Below are positions 1 through 7,978 of a stretch of 32,000 nt of DNA, piece by piece. A program made the translations under genes and the position numbers. Location of the stretch: the NCBI RefSeq assembly GCF_003013815.1, contig NZ_PRLH01000189.1:2301-34300 (forward strand), in the 5' to 3' direction. This DNA is from Cyanothece sp. BG0011 (GTDB taxonomy: Bacteria; Cyanobacteriota; Cyanobacteriia; Cyanobacteriales; Microcystaceae). The notes beneath the pieces are model-generated. The model was given only the letters and a program-made list of their open reading frames with translations, did not search any database and was not told where the DNA came from. Every line of letters starts with the position of its first letter. Position 1 is the stretch's first letter.

Positions 1-142
1 GCTGAACTTTACCCATATTTTTACGATAGTTAATGACTATTTAATTAAATCTTTCTTGAGTTATTTTTAACTAAAATAGTAATTGAAAAATGATAAAGAC
101 TTTCCAAGCTAAATTAAATCTTAGGTAAAGCAATTTTTTAGT

Positions 143-856
143 TTAATTCTCATTTATCTGTAGCTTTATCCCTTTAAATAATAACCACAAACAAAGGGAA
201 CACTCAGCAATTACTGCTGAGATAATCACTAACCAAGACGTGATATCTGTATAATTAGGTAAGAGAAAATTAGCACAACTATCCATTAAATAACCAAAAG
301 ATGCAAAAATTAAGCCGAAGCCTAAAAGTTTAGGAAAATAATCCGACTTTATCATCAAATAACCCAGTAGAAAACAATGAATTCCAAAAAAGACTAAGGC
401 GATGAGATAGCCATAATTATGAATAGTGAGAAAGACCAAACATAAAGTATATAATTGATTCGTTTCAAATGATTTTAGGTAACTAGAATTACTTAAAAGT
501 ATTAAAGGGACAAAAAAATTAAGTAAATTTATTCCTAGGATAGCATCTTGGATTAATCTAAAAGTTGCTGTCAGTAAAGCTATATTTTTATTAACTGATT
601 TGAGTAAGATATAAAAAATGATAGCAACTATTACATCACAAATAATCATAATTAAATCGCTAATAAAACCTAAACGAAATAGGAATATAGAATCCATAAT
701 ATTTTTAGCCGTTGTCACTGCATCTTCTGGAATAATAAGACGAGAACGAACATAGATCTCGCTAAACAAACCACAAACGATAATAATTAAATATAAAACA
801 CCTGCAACTCTTGCATAAAGCAATGGAGAGGGTTTAATTTTATCATTTATAATCAT
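143..856 (-). CDS. DUF4386-like multi-pass membrane protein
   Basis: 237-aa ORF with ATG start and about six hydrophobic helices. The N-terminal pattern AGVLYLIIIVCGLFSEIYVRSRLI...FLFRLGF matches my recollection of the DUF4386 family. Very AT-rich. Confidence 0.6.
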   Translation of the reverse strand: MIINDKIKPSPLLYARVAGVLYLIIIVCGLFSEIYVRSRLIIPEDAVTTAKNIMDSIFLFRLGFISDLIMIICDVIVAIIFYILLKSVNKNIALLTATFRLIQDAILGINLLNFFVPLILLSNSSYLKSFETNQLYTLCLVFLTIHNYGYLIALVFFGIHCFLLGYLMIKSDYFPKLLGFGLIFASFGYLMDSCANFLLPNYTDITSWLVIISAVIAECSLCLWLLFKGIKLQINEN

Positions 857-983
857 ATTAATTTCACAGAATAATAATTCTAAAAGTTAGATTAAGGCTT
901 GTGGGTAATACGAGCAACCTGAAATTAGACCAAGTTTAACCTAACTAGTAGAATATTACAGTGGATTGGAAAAATACGAGAGA

Positions 984-1445
984 TTAGTTGAGAAAAGCCC
1001 CACTTAATTTGGCTCCTATTAAGTTAGTTTGTTTTAAATTTACTCCTGTTAAATCAGCCCCTCTAAGATCAGCACCCATCAAATTTGCTCCTTCTAACTG
1101 AGTATTGGTTAAGTTAGCTCCTCCTAAATTTGCTCCACTGAGATCGGCTTCTCTTAAATCAGCCCCACTTAAGTTAGCCCCACTTAAATCAATATCGATC
1201 ATTTCTGCACCGATGAGACAAGCTTGAATCATATTGGCATGAGTTAGATTAGATTGATTCAATTTAGCTTGGTTTAAATGAGCATCTGTTAAGGCAACCC
1301 CTTTTAAATCTGCTAAGATCAACTCTGCCCCTTCTAAGTGGACTCCAACCAAATTAGCATCACACAGACAAACGTGAACTAAAGTGACTCGACTAAAATC
1401 TCGTTCTCCGGCTGCATATCTTTTCAACATTTCTTGAGCGTTCAT
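984..1445 (-). CDS. pentapeptide repeat protein
   Basis: 153-aa ORF made almost entirely of tandem A(D/N)LxG-type pentapeptides (ANLSGADLREADLSGANLGGANLTNTQLEGANLMGADLRGADLTG). Confidence 0.9.
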   Translation of the reverse strand: MNAQEMLKRYAAGERDFSRVTLVHVCLCDANLVGVHLEGAELILADLKGVALTDAHLNQAKLNQSNLTHANMIQACLIGAEMIDIDLSGANLSGADLREADLSGANLGGANLTNTQLEGANLMGADLRGADLTGVNLKQTNLIGAKLSGAFLN

Positions 1446-1476
1446 GTTAATTTCCTCGTTGTTTATTGATGTTTTT

Positions 1477-1686
1477 TTATGTGTTGTAAGCGGGCATTTC
1501 TTGATGGCAGTGACTACAATACCAGTAGAGACCTCGCCAATCTATATGGCGTAACAAAATATAAGAACAGCAAGGACAAATATGCTGATGGCTCATAGAT
1601 TGGTCATATCTAGTGGTGTTTCTATGATGATCACAACAAGAAAAATAATGAAAGTTTTGAGAAGATTTTTTAAAAAGCGTTAGCAT
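1477..1686 (-). CDS. small Cys/His-rich protein, zinc-ribbon-like (CPCC...CSHC)
   Basis: 69-aa ORF with ATG start, lying 31 nt upstream of the pentapeptide gene on the same strand. It has 7 Cys and 8 His, including a CxCC-17aa-CxxC arrangement. An internal Met (MSHQHICPCC) could be the true start. Confidence 0.5.
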   Translation of the reverse strand: MLTLFKKSSQNFHYFSCCDHHRNTTRYDQSMSHQHICPCCSYILLRHIDWRGLYWYCSHCHQEMPAYNT

Positions 1687-2116
1687 TATTTACCCGATTG
1701 GGATGAGAATGTTCTCTTTCTTAGCAAGAAAACACAGACTTCTCTCTCACAGGACGTAGAGTTTTATATCTATAGAGAAAAAAGTCTATTTCGTTCGACA
1801 CATACCCGAAAACTATTCTCAAGTAACTACACCTTAACGTAGTATTTTAAATCCTTACAACAAAGACACAAAACTTTATACTTTATTGGACAAAGTTACC
1901 CTTTTATCAAAAAAAATAACTCCTTATAATAAAATTTTAGACAAAAAGCCAGAATGCAAAAATACTGATAATTGAAGCAAATCTAATTATTTTCGAGAGA
2001 AAAATATTTAAAATTGAGAGAAAAATAGGGAGAATTTTTTAAAGAGAGAAAAAAAGACTTAGGTAATTTTAGTTAAAATGTGTTAGAATTAGATTTTAGC
2101 AAGAGGTTACAAAAGT

Positions 2117-2419
2117 ATGCCCAATAATAGTATAGAAAGCAGGGCAGTAGCACGTCCTCCTAGTGATGGCAGTGAGTTAATTCCTGCTGAAGTTTCACAA
2201 GAAGTTATCGATAGTGGAAATAAAAAATCTGCTGGTTCCTCTCCTAAAGATGGCTACACCAGAGATGATGAAGGAATCATCAATAACTATGCCATTGAAC
2301 CCGATGAGTACCAAGCGGATTATCCTGCACCTTATCAACAAAGACGTTATCTTTTTCAAGGAGCGATCGCAGTTGTTTTCATTGGTTGTATAGTCTGGGT
2401 TGCTTTTATTGTCAGCTAA
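2117..2419 (+). CDS. single-pass membrane protein, possibly ssl1498/Psb34-like (light-harvesting-like family)
   Basis: 100-aa ORF with an AAGAGG Shine-Dalgarno about 10 nt upstream and TAGAAT about 30 nt upstream. The motif DEGIINNYAIEPDEY followed by one C-terminal TM helix resembles the ssl1498/Psb34 family as I recall it. The first ~45 residues are a low-complexity extension. Confidence 0.45.
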   Translation: MPNNSIESRAVARPPSDGSELIPAEVSQEVIDSGNKKSAGSSPKDGYTRDDEGIINNYAIEPDEYQADYPAPYQQRRYLFQGAIAVVFIGCIVWVAFIVS

Positions 2420-2599
2420 GTTGATCTCTCCCTAGTAGGCTTTAAGTCGATTTAGAGGTCCTAGGGTTATTACCCTGAGCGTGCCATATTCGCTCAGTGG
2501 CTGGACTCATGATTCAGATAAGATTTTAGAGTTTGAAATGTCTAAAATTTACACAAATCTTTCTTTAACAGTCTGAAACAATAACTATCAAAGGAGGCA

Positions 2600-2902
2600 A
2601 TGATGTCTTCAAATGCGAACGAGGGAATACTTTTTACCATCATTTGTGAAGCCTTTTTACAAGATCGTCTCATACACCTCTTACAAACCATTGGCGTTTC
2701 TGGTTACACCCTTATTCCAGCCCAAGGTGCCGGTAGTCATGGTAGGCGCATGGGTGATATTGCTGGATACAATACTAACATTGAAGTCAAAACGATTGTG
2801 ACTCCAGAGAAATCTGATCAATTATTAGAGGCGCTCGATCACTTTGAGATAAGTCACGCTTTGATTGCATTTCGGCAAAAAGTAGACGGTTTGTTTGATT
2901 AA
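2600..2902 (+). CDS. P-II-like signal-transduction protein (SbtB-like fold pattern)
   Basis: 100-aa ORF with a strong AAGGAGG Shine-Dalgarno. It has a beta-alpha-beta layout with a T-loop-like segment (LFTIICE...GVSGYTLIPAQGAGSHGRRMGDIAGYNTNIEVKTIV...ALIAFRQKV), which aligns by eye with the SbtB/P-II pattern. Confidence 0.6.
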   Translation: MMSSNANEGILFTIICEAFLQDRLIHLLQTIGVSGYTLIPAQGAGSHGRRMGDIAGYNTNIEVKTIVTPEKSDQLLEALDHFEISHALIAFRQKVDGLFD

Positions 2903-2935
2903 TAGAAGTCAATTAACAAAAAACGGAGAATTATT

Positions 2936-3043
2936 ATGTCAGAAGAAAGAAAAGGCAATAGAGAATCTAAAAAGCCTAAACAAAAAGCTAAGGGATATAA
3001 AAAGCCTAAAAAAGATCCCAAACGACATGATGCAGTAGATTAA
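2936..3043 (+). CDS. candidate 35-aa lysine-rich micro-protein (MSEERKGNRESKKPKQKAKGYKKPKKDPKRHDAVD)
   Basis: Not in the ORF track because it is under 60 aa. GGAGA lies 6 nt upstream of the ATG, the ORF starts 33 nt after the P-II-like stop, and a perfect 10-bp hairpin follows it. Confidence 0.35.
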   Translation: MSEERKGNRESKKPKQKAKGYKKPKKDPKRHDAVD

Positions 3044-3057
3044 GAAAGGGTCGATGA

Positions 3058-3084
3058 AACCGCTTGAGAACACATCAAGCGGTT
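3058..3084 (+). terminator. stem-loop after the micro-ORF (aaccgcttga-gaacaca-tcaagcggtt)
   Basis: Perfect 10-bp stem with a 7-nt loop. There is no clear U-tract, so it could be a terminator or an RNA-stabilising hairpin. Confidence 0.4.
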
Positions 3085-3112
3085 ATCGTCTCTAGAAAAA
3101 TATAGGATTTAT

Positions 3113-3946
3113 ATGACGAATACGATTAAAATATCCCCTGACAAGGGGAAACCGTTAACATTGAACTGGATAGCTGTCGCCTTTTTTAGTGCAGTTCATC
3201 TAGTTGCACTTTCAGCCCCGTGGTTCTTTTCGTGGTCAGCTTTAGGCGTAGCTATTTTTCTCCATTGGTTGATCGGCAGTATTGGCATTTGTTTAGGGTA
3301 TCATCGCTTATTAACTCACCGCAGCTTTGAAGTCCCAAAACCCCTAGAATATATCATTGCAATCATTGGTGCTTTAGCATTGCAAGGTAGCCCTATATTT
3401 TGGGTTGCAGGACACCGAATGCACCATGCTTGTACTGAAGATATGGACAAAGATCCTTACTCTGCCAAACGGGGTTTTTGGTGGAGTCATATGCTGTGGT
3501 TATTTTATGATCGTCCAGAATTTTTCAACTACGATCAGTATAAAAAATATGCTCATGATCTCGATAAACAGCCCTTTTATCGTTGGTTAGATCGCTATTT
3601 CTTATTATTACAGTTACCTCTGGGACTTTTACTTTACCTTCTCGGTGGTTGGTCATTTGTTATTTATGGTTTGTTTGTCAGAACGGTTTTACTGTGGCAT
3701 AGTACCTGGTTTATTAACTCTGTCTCTCATCTCAGAGGCTATCGTAGTTATCAGAGTGAGGATAATTCCCGTAACTTATGGTGGGCAGCTATCTTAACTT
3801 ATGGAGAAGGTTGGCACAATAATCATCATGCTTACCCTAATATCGCTAAGGCCGGATTGAAATGGTGGGAAGTTGATGTAACTTGGTGGGCTATTAAAAT
3901 TTTGAGTAAACTGAATTTAGCTCAGAAGATTAGACTACCGGTTTAA
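3113..3946 (+). CDS. desC: acyl-lipid/acyl-CoA delta-9 fatty acid desaturase
   Basis: 277 aa with three histidine boxes in the canonical order (HRLLTH, HRMHH, HNNHH) and two hydrophobic hairpins. Typical of stearoyl delta-9 desaturases. Confidence 0.9.
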   Translation: MTNTIKISPDKGKPLTLNWIAVAFFSAVHLVALSAPWFFSWSALGVAIFLHWLIGSIGICLGYHRLLTHRSFEVPKPLEYIIAIIGALALQGSPIFWVAGHRMHHACTEDMDKDPYSAKRGFWWSHMLWLFYDRPEFFNYDQYKKYAHDLDKQPFYRWLDRYFLLLQLPLGLLLYLLGGWSFVIYGLFVRTVLLWHSTWFINSVSHLRGYRSYQSEDNSRNLWWAAILTYGEGWHNNHHAYPNIAKAGLKWWEVDVTWWAIKILSKLNLAQKIRLPV

Positions 3947-3947
3947 A

Positions 3948-6900
3948 ATGATTCCTAGAGTTTTACCCGAAACAACCATTAATCAAACTATTGCTAATTT
4001 TTTAACTTGTTTAAAAGAAACGACTTTTTCAGGAGATATTAAAGGGGATATCGCTAACCGTTTAATTGCTTCAACTGATAACAGTATTTATCAAATATTA
4101 CCCCAAGGGGTTGTTTTTCCCCGTACCACCGAAGATATCAGGGAAATTTTTAAATTAGCTAACAAAACTGAATTTAAAGCCGTTACTTTTTCTCCTAGAG
4201 GGGGAGGAACTGGTACCAATGGACAATCACTTTCTCCTAGTATTATTATAGACTGTTCTAAATACATGAATCAAGTTTTAGAACTGAATATTAAAGAGCA
4301 ATGGGTTAGGGTTCAACCGGGTATTATTTTAGACCAATTAAACCAAATTTTAGCCGAATATAATTTATTTTTTGCCCCTTCTCTCGCTCCTAGTAATCGT
4401 GCTACTATCGGGGGGATGATTAATACGGATGCTGCGGGTAAAGGTTCTCGTATTTATGGGAAAACCAGTGATCATATTTTAGAATTGAGTTGGGTTTTAT
4501 CTGATGGAAGTTTAGGAATTTCTTCTAAAGTCAATATAGATAATTTAAAACATTTAAAACAACAAAATACAAGATTAGGAGAAATTTATCAACTTGTTGA
4601 TAAAATTGTTTCTGAAAAAGCAGAATTAATTGATAATATCTTTCCTAAATTAACTCGATTTATGACGGGTTATAACTTAGCTAAAGTTTATGACGAGACA
4701 AGACATTATTTCGATCTTAATCGAATTTTAGCAGGTTCAGAAGGAACACTAGGAATCATTACCGAGGCAAAACTAAAGTTAACGAAAATACCTAAAGCAA
4801 CGCAACTACTAGCTATTCATTATCATAACTTTGATGCTGCTTTAAAAGATGCTGGTAACTTACTTGATTATAATCCTGCGGCCATTGAAACAGTTGACGA
4901 AACCATTTTAAAATTAGCTAAGAATGATAGCATTTATCAGGAAGTAAAAGACTTTATCGGTGATGCTCAAGCTATTAATTTAGTTGAGTTTATTGGAGAA
5001 ACTGATCAGGCAATCGAACAGCAATTAAGTCCTTTAATGAATCAATTAAAATCTTATCAAAAAACAGGAATTATCGGCTTTTATCATACTAAGAAATCAG
5101 AAGAAATCAAACAACTATGGTTATTAAGAAAAAAAGGAGCCGCCTTATTAGGAAGTATGCCAGGCGATCGCAAACCCATTGCTTTTATCGAAGATACCGC
5201 CGTTTCTCCTGATAATTTAGCCAGTTATACCCGTGAATTTCAAGCTTTATTAGACAGTTATAATCTTAATTATGCCATGTTTGGTCATGTCGATGTAGGC
5301 TGTCTTCATGTTCGTCCGGCCTTAGATATGAAACTTCCTGACGATGAAAAGTTAATTAGAGAAATATCGGATAAAGTTGTTAATTTAGTTCGGAAATATG
5401 GTGGGGTTATATGGGGAGAACACGGTAAAGGTTTTCGTAGTGAATATACCCCTTTATTCTTCGGAGAAGACCTTTATCAAGACTTAAGAAAAATCAAAGA
5501 AGTGTTTGATCCTAATAATAAGTTAAATCCAGGAAAAATTGTTACACCCTATCATAGTTCCGATGAAATTGTTAAACTAGAATCAATGTTAAGGGGACAG
5601 TTTGATCGCCAGGTATCTCAACAGTTTAGAAACGAATATGAAGCGGCTTTTAATTGTAATGGAAATGGGGCTTGTTTTAACTTTAATCCTGATGAAATTA
5701 TTTGTCCTTCTGCTAAACAAACTCGCGATCGCATTCACTCCCCAAAAGGGAGAGCAATGTTATTAAGAGAATGGTTAAGATTACTATCAAAATCAGACTT
5801 TAAAGACAGTTTCAGTGACAATTTATCCCTTCCTAAAAAACTGTGGTACACCCTAGAAAAATGGCAAGGAAAAGAGGATTTTTCCCATGAGGTTTATGAA
5901 GCAATGCAAGGCTGTCTTGCTTGTAAAGGATGTGTCAGTCAATGTCCCATTCACGTTGATATTCCTGACTTAAAATCTCAATTTTTAGAACGTTATCATA
6001 GTCGTTATTTACGTTCTTTTAGGGATTATTTAATGGCGAATATAGAACAATTAGTTTATTATCAATCTTTTGCCCCTCATTTATTTAACAGTCTTGCACA
6101 AAACCCTTTGAGTAAATTATTAGTTAGTAAAGGATTAAATTTAGTTGATATTCCTCTTCTTAGTTACCCAACTGTGCGAGATAAATTGCCCATAACGTTA
6201 AACATAGAAACCTTAGAAAATTTATCAGTAGAAGAACAAAAAAATAGCGTTATTTTGCTACAAGATGCCTTTACCAGTTTCTACGAATCACAGTTAGTTA
6301 TCGATAGTTATGATTGTTTAAATAAATTAGGTTATACTGTTTATGTGTTACCCTTTTTCATTAATGGAAAAACCTTACATTTAAAAGGATTTATTGACAA
6401 TTTTAAAACAGTAATTACTCAAAATATTAAAAATTTAAAAACAGTTTTAGAGTTAGATATTCCTATTATTGGAATTGAACCCAGTATGGCCTTAACTTAT
6501 CGAGATGAATATAAAAAAATTGCTTCTAATAAAAACATTTTTAATAAAGTTCAACTGATCCAAGAATTTTTAGTAAAACAAGATAAAAAGTTACCCAAAA
6601 TTCAATCAAACCATCCCTATTATTTATTAGCACATTGCCATGAAAAATCCCTAGCTTTTAACTCAGAAAAGCAATGGCAAACAGTTTTTAAAAACATGGG
6701 AATTAGTTTAAATATCCTGTCTGTCGGTTGTTGTGGAATGGCTGGAATGTATGGCCACGAAAAAGAACATTATGAAAATTCTCAAGGCATTTATCAAAGT
6801 AGTTGGCAACAACATTTGCCTAAAAATATTGACGAACAACTTTATTATTTAGTCACGGGATATTCCTGTCGTTCTCAAGTTAAAAGGTTTTCAGGATGGA

Positions 6901-6965
6901 ACCCACAACACCCCATTCAAGCTATAAACAAACTAATCTCTTTCTCCAAAAATGATGGTTCCTAA
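3948..6965 (+). CDS. FAD-binding oxidase fused to 4Fe-4S and CCG domains (YdiJ-like, D-2-hydroxyacid dehydrogenase family)
   Basis: 1005 aa. It has an N-terminal PCMH-type FAD domain (RGGGTGTNGQS), a central Cys cluster (CLACKGCVSQCP) and C-terminal CCG-type motifs (CCGMAGMYG). Size and architecture resemble E. coli YdiJ. The ATG lies 1 nt after the desC stop. Confidence 0.85.
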   Translation: MIPRVLPETTINQTIANFLTCLKETTFSGDIKGDIANRLIASTDNSIYQILPQGVVFPRTTEDIREIFKLANKTEFKAVTFSPRGGGTGTNGQSLSPSIIIDCSKYMNQVLELNIKEQWVRVQPGIILDQLNQILAEYNLFFAPSLAPSNRATIGGMINTDAAGKGSRIYGKTSDHILELSWVLSDGSLGISSKVNIDNLKHLKQQNTRLGEIYQLVDKIVSEKAELIDNIFPKLTRFMTGYNLAKVYDETRHYFDLNRILAGSEGTLGIITEAKLKLTKIPKATQLLAIHYHNFDAALKDAGNLLDYNPAAIETVDETILKLAKNDSIYQEVKDFIGDAQAINLVEFIGETDQAIEQQLSPLMNQLKSYQKTGIIGFYHTKKSEEIKQLWLLRKKGAALLGSMPGDRKPIAFIEDTAVSPDNLASYTREFQALLDSYNLNYAMFGHVDVGCLHVRPALDMKLPDDEKLIREISDKVVNLVRKYGGVIWGEHGKGFRSEYTPLFFGEDLYQDLRKIKEVFDPNNKLNPGKIVTPYHSSDEIVKLESMLRGQFDRQVSQQFRNEYEAAFNCNGNGACFNFNPDEIICPSAKQTRDRIHSPKGRAMLLREWLRLLSKSDFKDSFSDNLSLPKKLWYTLEKWQGKEDFSHEVYEAMQGCLACKGCVSQCPIHVDIPDLKSQFLERYHSRYLRSFRDYLMANIEQLVYYQSFAPHLFNSLAQNPLSKLLVSKGLNLVDIPLLSYPTVRDKLPITLNIETLENLSVEEQKNSVILLQDAFTSFYESQLVIDSYDCLNKLGYTVYVLPFFINGKTLHLKGFIDNFKTVITQNIKNLKTVLELDIPIIGIEPSMALTYRDEYKKIASNKNIFNKVQLIQEFLVKQDKKLPKIQSNHPYYLLAHCHEKSLAFNSEKQWQTVFKNMGISLNILSVGCCGMAGMYGHEKEHYENSQGIYQSSWQQHLPKNIDEQLYYLVTGYSCRSQVKRFSGWNPQHPIQAINKLISFSKNDGS

Positions 6966-7589
6966 ACGTATCATGGTTGCGCCTTTTTCTACTGCTAATA
7001 AATAATCATTTGACATTCCCATGGATAATTCTTTTAATTGTAGGGAGGACTTTTCTGTTATTTTACTAGCGAGTTCTTTGGTCTTTTCAAAAGTATCTAA
7101 ACATTCATTTTTAGATAATCCTAAAGGTAAAATAGTCATTAACCCATCAATTTTTATATGTTTTAGGGATTCTAATTCAGATAAATCTTGCCAAAGTTCT
7201 TCTACTCTCCAACCATACTTATTAGGATCAGGTAAAATTTTAACTTGTAGACAAACATGAGGAGAAATGGAGGTTTTCGCTGCTAATTTATCTAAATATT
7301 CCGCTAATTTAAGACTATCAACGGAATGAATCCAATGAAAATTATCTAATACTTTCTTAGCTTTATTAGTTTGAATATGACCGATAAAATGCCAACAAAT
7401 ATCTTGATAATCTTGTAATTGTTCTTGTTTTTCTAATGCCTCTTGAACTCGACTTTCTGCAAAATCACGAATTCCATAATTATAGGCTTCTTTGATAGCA
7501 ACCACTGACTTTTTTTTAGTAACAGCAACTAAACGAACATCAGAAGGAATTTGACTCAGAATTTTGTCAATATTTTCAGTAATTGTCAT
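6933..7589 (-). CDS. pipY: YggS-family PLP-binding homeostasis protein (PipY)
   Basis: 218 aa with the YggS pattern (VAVTKKKSV...AESRVQEA...WHFIGHIQTNK...LSMGMSNDY). It starts 5 nt downstream of pipX, matching the known cyanobacterial pipX-pipY operon. Confidence 0.9.
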   Translation of the reverse strand: MTITENIDKILSQIPSDVRLVAVTKKKSVVAIKEAYNYGIRDFAESRVQEALEKQEQLQDYQDICWHFIGHIQTNKAKKVLDNFHWIHSVDSLKLAEYLDKLAAKTSISPHVCLQVKILPDPNKYGWRVEELWQDLSELESLKHIKIDGLMTILPLGLSKNECLDTFEKTKELASKITEKSSLQLKELSMGMSNDYLLAVEKGATMIRLGTIIFGERD

Positions 7590-7594
7590 GTTAT

Positions 7595-7864
7595 TTAAGG
7601 AAAAGTTTGTTTATACATCTTTTGAAAGTCTTTGTACTCTTCAGTCAGTCCGAGACGATGAAGATTACGCAAACGTTTTTCTACTAATAATCTAGCATCT
7701 GAACGGCTAATGGGTTCCAAAACTGTATTATTCGGTATCATCTTCACTAAAAAAAATAACCGTTGAGCGTATAATGTAGTAAATAACTCTTGATTGTCAT
7801 CAAGGATACAGACACGATAAAGAAGTCCGAAAACAGGATGATTAAAATAAGTCTCGTTTGTCAT
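7595..7864 (-). CDS. pipX: PII-interacting protein X
   Basis: 89 aa. The segments NHPVFGLLYRVC...LFTTLYAQRLFFLV...FQKMYKQTF match the PipX sequence closely. Confidence 0.9.
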   Translation of the reverse strand: MTNETYFNHPVFGLLYRVCILDDNQELFTTLYAQRLFFLVKMIPNNTVLEPISRSDARLLVEKRLRNLHRLGLTEEYKDFQKMYKQTFP

Positions 7865-7978
7865 TCTTGATCTTTTAAAAGTTCCTTTAATAATAACTCT
7901 CTAAACCCTATAAGTCTAGGTGCATTATCGTCAAGTGTTGAGAAAAATTACTATTAATTCAAGTATCATAAAAAAAAG

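Noticed and set aside
2420-2599. Possible riboswitch or leader upstream of the P-II-like gene (hairpin ctgagcg-tgccatatt-cgctcag at about 2474-2496)
   Set aside because: I could not match it to any riboswitch consensus I know (glutamine/glnA RNA, c-di-AMP, guanidine and others). A single short hairpin is not enough evidence.
7865-7978. NtcA site in the pipX-cofG divergent promoter
   Set aside because: I found no GTA-N8-TAC-like motif in this interval.
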